64,000 nucleotides of DNA from NCBI GenBank assembly GCA_963664825.1, contig OY761614.1:3264001-3328000 (forward strand), written 5' to 3'. Shown here piece by piece: positions 1 to 8,637 of this stretch (position 1 is its first letter; each line of letters begins with the position of its first letter). Source of the DNA: an uncultured Holophaga sp. GTDB taxonomy: Bacteria; Acidobacteriota; Holophagae; Holophagales; Holophagaceae. The notes beneath the pieces were generated by a model. It was given only the letters and a program-made list of their open reading frames with translations. It had not been told where the DNA came from and ran no database searches. The position numbers were made by a program, and so were the translations under genes.

Positions 1-1
1 C

Positions 2-190
2 GATACCGTGCGGGCCCTCATGGTGGACGCTTCCACCGGCCTCCCGGCCCGGGAGGGCTGTCCTTTGAAGCGGGAGGCCTTTTTCGCCTCCGGCACCGAG
101 CCGACGGAGCCCTGTCCCCGGCATGAGGGGGAACCCGTCCTGAGACCCGATGAGCCGTCGGAACAGCAGGGAAGGGAGTCCGTTCCCTGA
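2..190 (+). CDS. C-terminal fragment of a class A penicillin-binding protein (PBP1A-like), truncated by the window edge
   Basis: VDASTGLPAREGCP..EAFFASGTEPTEPCPRH matches the D..TG...C...E.F..GTEP...C..H tail typical of PBP1A-family proteins. Confidence 0.6.
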   Translation, partial: DTVRALMVDASTGLPAREGCPLKREAFFASGTEPTEPCPRHEGEPVLRPDEPSEQQGRESVP

Positions 191-212
191 GGGCCGGGCG
201 ATCCAGGGGAGG

Positions 213-281
213 CGGATTCCCCTCGCCCTTGGGGGCTCGGGCCGCGGCATTCGTTCCGGCCGTGTCTCGACGCTCTCGCGT
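213..281. repeat. Truncated copy of tRNA-Gln-linked repeat
   Basis: 213-262 is identical (50 bp) to 2154-2203; 264-281 matches 2214-2231 with one mismatch. Confidence 0.9.
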
Positions 282-394
282 TGCTCCGCGGTGTGCTGCA
301 CCAAGAAAAGGCCAACTCCTAATCTCGCGTTGGAATCCTGATCTTGTCTCGCTCGAAGCTGGTTCCGGACGACGATCCGGTCCTCTTTTTTGTT

Positions 395-1819
395 TCAGCG
401 TGTCGTGAAAGTCACCTGGGTGGGCCTCAGAGGGCGATCCTGGGTGTCCATGAATCCGATGCACTGGGGATGGTTCACCCAGAAGGAGTAGGTGGTGGCC
501 GGTTTTAGGCGGATCGCGAAGGTAAGTGTGCGCTTTCCCGAATCCCAGGTACCCTTATCCACAATGTCGAGTTCCCCCGTGTTCACCATGGCCATGCCCT
601 TGCCCATGGGGCGATCAGAGCGGATGCGCAGTGCAGTGGTTGTCGGATCCACGTCCTTGGCGCTGTTAGCAGGCTCGATGCTCAGCAATTGTGGACCCTC
701 GGCATAGGCCTTCTCCTGGCGGGCCTGTTCTGCGGAGTCGCTGGCCTCACGGAGTTCCTTGGCCCTGGTAGCCCAGCCCTTGAATGCAGCGACAAGACGA
801 GGCGTGAAAGCTTCTAACGTTGGAAAGCGGTCCCGACTGGAGGTGTATTCACCAAGTAGCTCAGCCAGGGGACTGACCCAGTAGAAGCCGCGCTGGGCGT
901 GCATCTGTTGTTCGCTTTCGGCGATCTTTGTGTCGCTGTGTTCCTGGAAGTAGCGGATGGTAAAGGCACGGACCATGGACTCCTTGAGGGCGATTGGGCC
1001 ATCCCCATAGGCCTGTTGGCGCATGCGCTCGATGACCGGAGCATTCAAACTCTCGCCAGCATCCCGGAGTTCGGTGATGTGTCGCTCCACCCAGGGATTA
1101 GCGAAGCTGTGTAGGAACTCGTGGACCAAGATGGGCAGGCCGCGAGCGTCGAAGCTAGGCATTCGCCCATTTTCCGCTTGATTCGTGCCCATGAAGGCAT
1201 ACAGATCCCGACCGCCACCAGCATTCGGGGCGGCGGGCCCATAGTTGCCACCACCGTTCAGGGGTGCCACACAGAGAATGAAAGTATCCCGGTCCCGGGG
1301 ACCAAAGGTGCGAGTAAACCAGTTTCGATCCAGGGGCTTGAGTAGAGCCTCCCGGCAATCTCGAGTCAGCCGATCGTAGAAGGGCGCCTGGGCTGCGAAG
1401 AAGGCCTCAGCCTTGGCGTCCTTGGCGAAGGCGGTCATCAAGACTAGGAAGCGGCGGGCCGTCTCCGGCTTCCAGCGAGTGTCCAAAGCGCTCTCCATGG
1501 TCTTGGCATCGCAGATGGGCTCGAAATTTACGGCATCTTTCGTCAGTATGGCTAGGTGTGGAATGGCATCGTAGCCGACCTCGGGGCGAAGTTCTCGGGC
1601 CATGGCCACAGCTGGATGATCCTTGAATGGACCGAAATGAGCGTCCACAGCGCAGTTGTAATCCGCAATAGCCCCATGAGTGTATTCCTGGAAATTCGCC
1701 AGTCTAAATACAATGGACATCAACTCGAAGCGGCGGTCCACTCGCACCTCAAGGAAGTCAGGCGCGGCTTGGGGAATGGCCACTAGACCTGGGAGGAAAA
1801 GCATGGGAATGAATGGCAT
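395..1819 (-). CDS. DUF4932-like exported protein, putative HExxH zinc metallopeptidase with C-terminal Ig-like domain
   Basis: VDRRFELMSIVFRLA start, HEFLHSF motif, downstream E in LKESMVRA, C-terminal PAN.AKDVDP Ig-like domain; hydrophobic N-terminus; GGAG precedes ATG at 1819 (ORF open to 1897). Confidence 0.75.
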   Translation of the reverse strand: MPFIPMLFLPGLVAIPQAAPDFLEVRVDRRFELMSIVFRLANFQEYTHGAIADYNCAVDAHFGPFKDHPAVAMARELRPEVGYDAIPHLAILTKDAVNFEPICDAKTMESALDTRWKPETARRFLVLMTAFAKDAKAEAFFAAQAPFYDRLTRDCREALLKPLDRNWFTRTFGPRDRDTFILCVAPLNGGGNYGPAAPNAGGGRDLYAFMGTNQAENGRMPSFDARGLPILVHEFLHSFANPWVERHITELRDAGESLNAPVIERMRQQAYGDGPIALKESMVRAFTIRYFQEHSDTKIAESEQQMHAQRGFYWVSPLAELLGEYTSSRDRFPTLEAFTPRLVAAFKGWATRAKELREASDSAEQARQEKAYAEGPQLLSIEPANSAKDVDPTTTALRIRSDRPMGKGMAMVNTGELDIVDKGTWDSGKRTLTFAIRLKPATTYSFWVNHPQCIGFMDTQDRPLRPTQVTFTTR

Positions 1820-1922
1820 GTGAGCTCTCCGGGGAGCGGTGGACATCAGGGTCTCTTGGATCGAATTATGGTTGGTGCCAGACTCGCGTGGCTTCATTTC
1901 AATTGGCTGCGTCGACGCTAAG

Positions 1923-1968
1923 CAAAGCTGGAGATTCCCCGGCTCTGCCGGGGGGGGCAGTAGCTTTG
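1923..1968. mobile_element. Possible IS200/IS605-type end hairpin remnant
   Basis: CCCCGGC-TCT-GCCGGGG hairpin (1937-1953) inside outer CAAAGCT...AGCTTTG arms; no transposase nearby. Confidence 0.35.
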
Positions 1969-2115
1969 GCGATTAAGACGGGGTGCTCGGCACCTGTTCG
2001 GGAATTCGTTTCCAGCCTGTCACTGTTTTTTACGATCCATTTTTCTAAAGGTTAGAGGCCCCGGATTCCCAGTCAATTCTCGATGCAGGGAGGTCGGGCC
2101 CTCACAAACCCCAGG

Positions 2116-2311
2116 CTGCGGCCCCCACGGGGCCGCAGCCTCTGTTGGGAAGACGGATTCCCCTCGCCCTTGGGGGCTCGGGCCGCGGCATTCGTTCCGG
2201 CCGGCGCTGATCCGTCTCAACGCTCTCGCGTCTCGACGGGCGCCTACCGCCGGGCGAATGCCGATTCGAATCCTTCCTCCCGATAAAACTGCGGCCCCCT
2301 CGGGGCCGCAG
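2116..2311 (-). repeat. tRNA-linked structured repeat: terminator, antisense tRNA segment, long hairpin, degenerate tRNA 3' end, second terminator
   Basis: CTGCGGCCCC..GGGGCCGCAG hairpin occurs twice (about 2116-2140 and 2289-2311); 2265-2281 is inverted relative to 2322-2338. Confidence 0.85.
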
Positions 2312-2315
2312 AATC

Positions 2316-2390
2316 TGGTTGGGGAGGAAGGATTCGAACCCTCGATACGCAGGATCAAAACCTGCTGCCTTACCACTTGGCTACTCCCCA
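2316..2390 (-). tRNA. tRNA-Gln (TTG)
   Basis: Reverse complement TGGGGAGTAGCCAAGTGGTAAGGCAGCAGGTTTTGATCCTGC...GGTTCGAATCCTTCCTCCCCAACCA folds as a cloverleaf with encoded CCA. Confidence 0.97.
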
Positions 2391-2401
2391 GGGGTTGAAA
2401 A

Positions 2402-2430
2402 AGTCTAGCGTGGGGGGGGATTCGGGTCCA
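2402..2430 (-). promoter_or_regulatory. Putative sigma70 promoter of tRNA-Gln
   Basis: TGGACC-17 nt-TAGACT on the minus strand just upstream of the tRNA. Confidence 0.5.
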
Positions 2431-2431
2431 G

Positions 2432-2791
2432 TCAGGGATTGGCCTTGGGGGCAAATCCGAATTCCTCCACGCCGAGGAGATCCGGGCGCACCGTCGGTAG
2501 TTCGCCGGTCTCGAGGCGCGAAATGGCGCGGATTCCCGTGGCGGTTTCGAAGGCCAGTAGCACTTTTTGTTCGATATATTCCCGGGCCTCGTTGACCAGG
2601 GGGAAGGCGATGTCCTTGAAGGAACCGTCCCGCTTGCGCTTGCTGGGCATGGCGACGAAGTAGCCGTCTTCGCCTTCGACCACCCGCAGATCCCCCACCA
2701 GGAAGCATTCGTCCAGCACGATGGCCGCGAAGGCTCGGAGTTTGTCGTCTCCCTCGATCTTGGTGATGCGGACATCGGTGATGTTCAACAT
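2432..2791 (-). CDS. spoVG: SpoVG family nucleic-acid-binding protein
   Basis: ITDVRI...LRAFAAIVLDECFLVGDLRVVEG..GYFVAMPSKR..DG.FKDIAFP signature. Confidence 0.95.
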   Translation of the reverse strand: MLNITDVRITKIEGDDKLRAFAAIVLDECFLVGDLRVVEGEDGYFVAMPSKRKRDGSFKDIAFPLVNEAREYIEQKVLLAFETATGIRAISRLETGELPTVRPDLLGVEEFGFAPKANP

Positions 2792-2893
2792 GGGGCTCCC
2801 GGGGCTCGCGAATCGGCGAGTTTCGGCCTTCAGTCTACCGCTCCAAGCCAAGGCCCGATGCTAGCATGGAGGGAAATCCTTTGTGGAGCCGCC

Positions 2894-3892
2894 GTGCCGC
2901 AGGAAAACCTTCCATCGAGTGCGCCAGATCCTCGTCCTGAGGCCGCTGCGACCGTTCTTCGAGCGGCTCGAGCGGCTCTCGGCGCCCTGGAAGCCAGCTG
3001 GGACCCGGCCGTGGTCGAGGCTTGGACCACCCATGTGGCCCGCAGCCAGGGCAGGGTCATCGTCTGCGGGATGGGAAAATCGGGGCTCATCGGGCAGAAG
3101 ATTGCCGCCACCCTGGCTTCCACGGGATGCCCCAGCTTCTTCATGCATCCGGCCGAAGCGCTCCACGGGGATCTCGGCATGGTCACGCCCCAGGACACGG
3201 TGCTCCTCCTCAGCAATAGCGGAGAGAGTGAGGAGGTCCTGCGCCTGGTCCCGAGTCTGGTGCGCATTGGCGTATCCATCGGCGCCATCACCGGCCAGAA
3301 GGAGAGCCGCCTCGCTCAGGCCGCCAGGTGGTGCTTCACCTACGCGCTGCCCGAAGGCGAGGGCTGTCCTCTCCATTTCGCGCCCATGGCCAGCACCACC
3401 CTCCAACTCGTCTGGGGGGATCTCCTGGCGGCCTACCACATGGTGCATACGGGATTCACGCTCGAGTCCTTTGCTCAATTTCATCCCGCTGGAAATATTG
3501 GATCCAGACTCCTGAAAACAAAAGAGTTGATGCATGCGGACTTCCCGCGGGTCCTGGGCTCCATGGATTTGGTGGGCGTTCTGGGAGCCATGACCCGAGG
3601 GCGGCTCGGCATGACCACCGTGATCGAAGATCGGGAACTGGTGGGCGTTGTCAGTGACGGGGATATCCGTCGGGCCCTGGAAAGAGCCCAGGCTTCCGGG
3701 ATCAATCCCTTGATGCTCACGGCTCAGGACATCATGACGCCTCAACCCGTGGGCGTATCGCCCGACACCCTGGCCGTGGAGGCTGCCCAGATCCTCGAGA
3801 CCCGGAAAATCACCTTCCTGGTCGTGCGCGAGAGCGCCCAAGTCGTCGGTGTGCTGCACATCCATGATCTCTTGGCCGCCAAGGTGATCTGA
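2894..3892 (+). CDS. kdsD: KpsF/GutQ family arabinose-5-phosphate isomerase (SIS + CBS)
   Basis: GMGKSGLIG.KIAATLASTG, HPAEALHGDLG, SNSGES, C-terminal CBS pair; GTG start after GGAG. Confidence 0.93.
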   Translation: MPQENLPSSAPDPRPEAAATVLRAARAALGALEASWDPAVVEAWTTHVARSQGRVIVCGMGKSGLIGQKIAATLASTGCPSFFMHPAEALHGDLGMVTPQDTVLLLSNSGESEEVLRLVPSLVRIGVSIGAITGQKESRLAQAARWCFTYALPEGEGCPLHFAPMASTTLQLVWGDLLAAYHMVHTGFTLESFAQFHPAGNIGSRLLKTKELMHADFPRVLGSMDLVGVLGAMTRGRLGMTTVIEDRELVGVVSDGDIRRALERAQASGINPLMLTAQDIMTPQPVGVSPDTLAVEAAQILETRKITFLVVRESAQVVGVLHIHDLLAAKVI

Positions 3893-3943
3893 GGTGGTCT
3901 ACGCTCAAGGTTACATAATATACATTATCGAAAGCTGACCCAG

Positions 3944-6166
3944 GTGCTTCCAACCCTTCCGCGCTACTTCCTCAAACGCTGGTCCTACCCCTTCCTGGGC
4001 GCCCTCTTCTTCTATGGGGGGCTGCTGTTGGCCTGGGAGATGGTGGTCCAGTCCAAGCAGATCTTCTCCATCGGCGCTCCCTTCCATTGGCTGATCCCAG
4101 CCTTGCTCCTCCAGGTGCCCGAGACCCTTGGGATCGTCTTCCCGATGGCAGCGGTCCTGGGGGGGCTCATGGGGAGTCAGCACCTCTCCGAGGGTTCGGA
4201 AATGGTGGCCTCCCAGGGGCTCGGGGTCGGAATGCGAACCATCCTCCGGCCCTGGTTGCTCATGTCGGTGATCCTGCTGGTACTGACGACCCTGAACGCC
4301 CACTTCCTGGTGCCCAAGGTCAATTCCTTCCAGCAAGCCATCCAGGCCCGCATGGTCGACGCCGCCCAAAACCAGTTCCTGAAAGTCGGGAGTGCTCCCT
4401 ATTTCCCGCCTCAGAACCCCAATACGGCCATCTGGATCGACGCCTCAGGCGAAATCCACCTCATGGAATCCAGTGCCCAGGGAGTCCAGCACTTGGTTGC
4501 CCATTCCATGGAATGGACTCGCACCGAAAAGGATGGGCAACTCTCTTCCATCAATATGGAACTCAAGGAATTAAGCGGCTCCCTGGTCCAGAGATCCAAT
4601 GGAAGTATTGCTCATATCCACCAGAAAACGCTCACGTTCCCCATCTCGGTGGCCGCGCCGGCGCGCCCCATCCTGGCCTCCACCCCCGTGCGCTACCATT
4701 CCACCTCGGAGCTCCTGAGCCATCGCACCCCCCAGGGCCTCAATGAATTGGGGCTGCGTTTCTCCCTGCCCTTCGCCACTTGCGCCCTTCTCCTCCTGGG
4801 CATTGCCCTGGGATTGGGCCATCCCAGGTTCCAGCACGGGGGGGCCATTCTCAAGAGCCTGAGCGTCATCCTGGTCTACTACTTGATCCTCGAACTCTCC
4901 AAGAATCAGATTAAAGCTGGGAAAGCTGGAATGCTTGCCGTGGTCCTGCTCTTGCCCTGGGTCTTCCTGGTCCTGGGGTTCTGGCTGCTCCGGCGGCGTC
5001 TCCACCCCCATCGTGCGGCTCCGGCTCTTTTCCGCCGCAGCCTGGATTGGCTGAAGGGGGAGGCGATCCTGAGAACAGGTCCCTCGGTCCAGCGGGCCCT
5101 CGAGGCCCTGAAACAGGCCCTGCCCCATCCGATGCGTTTCCTGAGATGGTTGCAGGGAAGGCACAGGGATCAGGGAACCTTGGGCCGCTGGACCCGGAGC
5201 CTCTGGTGGAAGAGCTGGGGGGCCACCCTGGGCACCTTCCTCACCCTGGATCTGCTCCTGGAATTCGCCAAACTGGCCGGTGATCTCTCCAAGAACAAGG
5301 TCTCCATATGGGTCTTCATCCATTACTGGCTCTGGAATCTCCCTCCCTTCCTCGTGGTCGTGCTTCCCCTGGCCTTTCTCTTCGGGGGAGTCCTGGTCCT
5401 TTCCGAGGCCACGGTCTCCCGGGAATGGGTCGCCCTGAGGGCGGGCGGCACGAGCCTCCTCCAGTGGACGAAGTCCGGTGTGAGAGCCTGGGGGGGGATT
5501 CTTGCCCTAAGTTTGATCCTACAGACCTTAGTAGCGCCCACTGTGATCGGGAAAGCGGAATCGCTCTATGCCCAGATCTGTGGCAAGTCAATCAAACCTG
5601 TGAGCGCAAAGCCATGGCTTTACTTGAGTTCTACTGGCGTTCTCTGGCATCTGGACGGGGCCACCCGCTGGGGCTTCCCCCTGCAACCCCAACGCCATGG
5701 ATGGCCGATCCTCTTGAAATGGAGGATGCCGGATCTCCGTTCGGAGGCCTTGGCCTGGAATGCGCTGGGATGGGCCCCCAGCCTGGAGGCCAGTCGCCTA
5801 TTTCCAGACCAAGCGCTCCGGGAGGTCGCCGAGCCCGATGAGGCCAGTACCCTGGAATTGATTCACTGGCAGCGCTGGGCTCCGGACCCCGAGAGGGCCG
5901 CCATGCTCTGGGGGCGATTGTTGGATTGGCTGGCGGGCCCCTGCCTGATCTTTGCCATGCTGCCCTATGCCTTTCCGACCCCCCGGGGGGGCCGCGGCCA
6001 AGCCCTGGGCCTCAGCCTGGTCGCCGGGTTGCTATTCATGGGCGCCCAGGCCTTGTTCGGCGGGGCGGCCAAGGCCGGGGGCATCCCCGGCTTCTGGGGC
6101 GTGGTAGCCCCTCTCGCTGCCCTCCTGGGGATGGGATTCCTGGGCCTTCGACGGTTGAGGACCTAG
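3944..6166 (+). CDS. Fused LptF/LptG LPS export permease
   Basis: Two YjgP/YjgQ halves (SEMVASQGLG; REWVALRAGG), multiple TM helices, downstream of kdsD. Confidence 0.85.
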   Translation: MLPTLPRYFLKRWSYPFLGALFFYGGLLLAWEMVVQSKQIFSIGAPFHWLIPALLLQVPETLGIVFPMAAVLGGLMGSQHLSEGSEMVASQGLGVGMRTILRPWLLMSVILLVLTTLNAHFLVPKVNSFQQAIQARMVDAAQNQFLKVGSAPYFPPQNPNTAIWIDASGEIHLMESSAQGVQHLVAHSMEWTRTEKDGQLSSINMELKELSGSLVQRSNGSIAHIHQKTLTFPISVAAPARPILASTPVRYHSTSELLSHRTPQGLNELGLRFSLPFATCALLLLGIALGLGHPRFQHGGAILKSLSVILVYYLILELSKNQIKAGKAGMLAVVLLLPWVFLVLGFWLLRRRLHPHRAAPALFRRSLDWLKGEAILRTGPSVQRALEALKQALPHPMRFLRWLQGRHRDQGTLGRWTRSLWWKSWGATLGTFLTLDLLLEFAKLAGDLSKNKVSIWVFIHYWLWNLPPFLVVVLPLAFLFGGVLVLSEATVSREWVALRAGGTSLLQWTKSGVRAWGGILALSLILQTLVAPTVIGKAESLYAQICGKSIKPVSAKPWLYLSSTGVLWHLDGATRWGFPLQPQRHGWPILLKWRMPDLRSEALAWNALGWAPSLEASRLFPDQALREVAEPDEASTLELIHWQRWAPDPERAAMLWGRLLDWLAGPCLIFAMLPYAFPTPRGGRGQALGLSLVAGLLFMGAQALFGGAAKAGGIPGFWGVVAPLAALLGMGFLGLRRLRT

Positions 6167-6193
6167 ACTGCACTCAGGTCCCCGGAGAACCCC

Positions 6194-6394
6194 ATGCCTG
6201 ATCCTGTTCAGCCCCCCCTGCCGGAGTTCCATCGCCTGCGGAGGGTGGAACACTACACACTGTTCCTGCTCAATTCCATGGCCGCCGCCGGAAGCGGGGC
6301 CCTCAGTGATGGCGATATCGACTACGCCATCGATATCGCGGAGCGGGTGGTGGAAAAGCTGGTGGAGCGAGGCCATCTCCAGCCCCACGAGTAG
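6194..6394 (+). CDS. Small hypothetical protein
   Basis: 66 aa ORF with GGAG RBS and GC3-rich codons. Confidence 0.6.
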   Translation: MPDPVQPPLPEFHRLRRVEHYTLFLLNSMAAAGSGALSDGDIDYAIDIAERVVEKLVERGHLQPHE

Positions 6395-6474
6395 ATATCA
6401 CGATGGCCCTGAGGCGCCGATGGGATCAACTCCATCGGTGTGAATCAGTGCCGTCCTTTATTCCAAGACCCTCC

Positions 6475-7572
6475 TCACTGGCCGTCATCGCCTCCCAGGA
6501 TCCGCTGGATCCGTTCCCGACGCCTGCCCAACAGACCTCCATCCGCCGGGGCCCTGACTACGCGGATCTCCCGTTGGGGCACCTTCCCGGAGGCGAAGGC
6601 TGTCCAGTTGTTCTCCGTCCAGAGGGGTTCGGCGCGGACGGATTCCAGTTTGGCTGAGCCTCCCGGATCCTTCCGGAAGACTGCCACCAGGGCGGCGCCA
6701 TCGCGATTGTCCCCCTCGGCCTCGTTCATGACGCCCTCGTATTTTCGGTCCTGGTTGCTGATGAAGTTGCCGAGGGAGAAGGCGACGGCTCCCTTGCGCC
6801 CATTGGCTTCCAGCCATACCAGGGGCTGGAGCACGTGAGGGTGGTGCCCGATGATGAGATCGGCCCCGGCTCCGATCATTCCCAGGGCCAAGGCGCGTTG
6901 GCGGGGGCTGGGTCGATGTTCGTATTCGTTGCCCCAGTGAGCGCTCACGACCACGAGATCGGCCTGGGGCCGGGCCGATCTCAGGGCTCCCAGCGCAGCC
7001 TCCTCAGTCAGGCGCCGGACCCAGGGCCCCTTCCCTGGCTGATTCAAATTGGCGTTGAAGAGGTCCGTGAAGGCCAGAAAGGCGATCCGGATGCCCTTGC
7101 GTTCCAGGACCCGCACCGTTTCAGCCTGGGCGCGATCCCGTCCGCTTCCCACGCTGGAGAGTCCCGCGGCCTCCAAGCGCTCTAGCGTCTCCAGCACGCC
7201 CTGGGTCCCCTGATCGTAGGCGTGGTTATTGGCCGTCGATAGAATCGTGAATCCACTCTTCTTGAGGGCTTCCGGCAACTCGGCCGGAGCGTTGAACACG
7301 AAGGGGCGACCGGGGGACCCGGAGCTTGGAGCGATGGGCGTCTCCAGATTCCCGAACACCACATCGGCCTCGGCGAAGACCGGTTTGAGATCCCCCCAGA
7401 GGCCTTGAAAACCGCCTGAGTGCTCCCGGGCAGCCTGTTTGACATCCTGGTGCATGAGCAGATCCCCCACGGCCACCAGGGTCAGGCGCGTGGGCCGAGG
7501 GGGGGCTTCCGGCCTCTTCCCCCGGCAGGCGATGAGGGCCAGGAGGAGGCATGGCAGGAGCCATCTACGCAT
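6475..7572 (-). CDS. CapA/PGA_cap family metallophosphatase, lipoprotein
   Basis: GDLLMH, GNLETP, ANNHAYD, HWGNEY, GHHPHV, SLGNF; lipobox LIAC. Confidence 0.9.
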   Translation of the reverse strand: MRRWLLPCLLLALIACRGKRPEAPPRPTRLTLVAVGDLLMHQDVKQAAREHSGGFQGLWGDLKPVFAEADVVFGNLETPIAPSSGSPGRPFVFNAPAELPEALKKSGFTILSTANNHAYDQGTQGVLETLERLEAAGLSSVGSGRDRAQAETVRVLERKGIRIAFLAFTDLFNANLNQPGKGPWVRRLTEEAALGALRSARPQADLVVVSAHWGNEYEHRPSPRQRALALGMIGAGADLIIGHHPHVLQPLVWLEANGRKGAVAFSLGNFISNQDRKYEGVMNEAEGDNRDGAALVAVFRKDPGGSAKLESVRAEPLWTENNWTAFASGKVPQREIRVVRAPADGGLLGRRRERIQRILGGDDGQ

Positions 7573-8446
7573 GCGCTCCGCCGGGCCCGTAGAAGACCTC
7601 CACGGGCAGGTCCGGAAGGGTGCGAGCGATCCGCGCCGCGAGAGCATCCAGTGCTTGGGCTCCCAGGGGCCTAGCCTCGGCCTCCGGGGTCGGCCGCGCC
7701 ACGGTGTAGAGCTGGAGGCCCTGGATCTGGGCCCCTGATTCTCGAAGGGCCTGGAGGCAGGCCTCGTAGGCCTCCAGTTCGCCCTCGGAAGGGGCCTGGC
7801 CCTTCCATTCCAGAAATAGGGTCTGGATCGTGAGGGGCCATCGCCTTCCCGCGCATTCCAGGTTCTCCAGGATGCGGGTGAAGGGTACTTGGCTGCGATT
7901 GATCTCCCGGTAGTGGGCCTCGGTGCCCGCATCGAGCTTGGCCCAGATCTCGCCACCATGGGCCATGAGGAGATCGATGCCCCGGATTACCCCGGGGGCC
8001 TGAAGCCGTGTGGAATCCGTGATGAGCACCAGCTTGACATCCTTCAGCCCCCGGGAGGTCTTGAGGCGCACCAGCCGTTCCACGGCTTCGGGGAATTCCT
8101 TGGCCAGGGTGGGCTCGCCATCACCGCTGAAGGCGATGTCATTGAGACGCCGCTGTTCGGGGCGGGCCGAATCGAAGGGCGCTGTCTCAAAGATCTCTCC
8201 AGAGATCGCCAGGTCCAGCAGGGCCGCCATCTCGCCTTCGAGCTGGTCCAGGTCCAGGTCCCTGCGCCGGGCGGGGTTCACCCGGTCCACCTCGCAGTAG
8301 ACACAATTGAAATTGCAGATCTTGTCGGGGTTCAGGTTCACCCCCAGGCTCAGACCCTTGCTCCGGCGGCTGAGGACGGGGTAGCAGTAATCGAAATCCT
8401 GCCAGATGCGCCGGTGATCCAGGTGGGCCTTCACGAGTGGTTCCAT
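7565..8446 (-). CDS. Radical SAM protein
   Basis: CNFNCVYC motif, SRRS.GLSLGVNL, FSGDGEPT, KLDAG. Confidence 0.9.
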   Translation of the reverse strand: MEPLVKAHLDHRRIWQDFDYCYPVLSRRSKGLSLGVNLNPDKICNFNCVYCEVDRVNPARRRDLDLDQLEGEMAALLDLAISGEIFETAPFDSARPEQRRLNDIAFSGDGEPTLAKEFPEAVERLVRLKTSRGLKDVKLVLITDSTRLQAPGVIRGIDLLMAHGGEIWAKLDAGTEAHYREINRSQVPFTRILENLECAGRRWPLTIQTLFLEWKGQAPSEGELEAYEACLQALRESGAQIQGLQLYTVARPTPEAEARPLGAQALDALAARIARTLPDLPVEVFYGPGGAHA

Positions 8447-8637
8447 GGGTCCAGGATACCGAGCCCCCAAGGCTCTCGACCAGCTTGGAAGGCCTGTTCA
8501 CCCCGGTGATCCCCCTCGGCCTGACATTCCGGGATGTTCATGCCCTTTCCGGCAAAGGGTCCCGGAGGGCATTTCAGCCTTGGATGGCGGCGGGGACTCC
8601 CCTTCCTCGCTAGAATCAGACTGCATCCGGAGATCTC

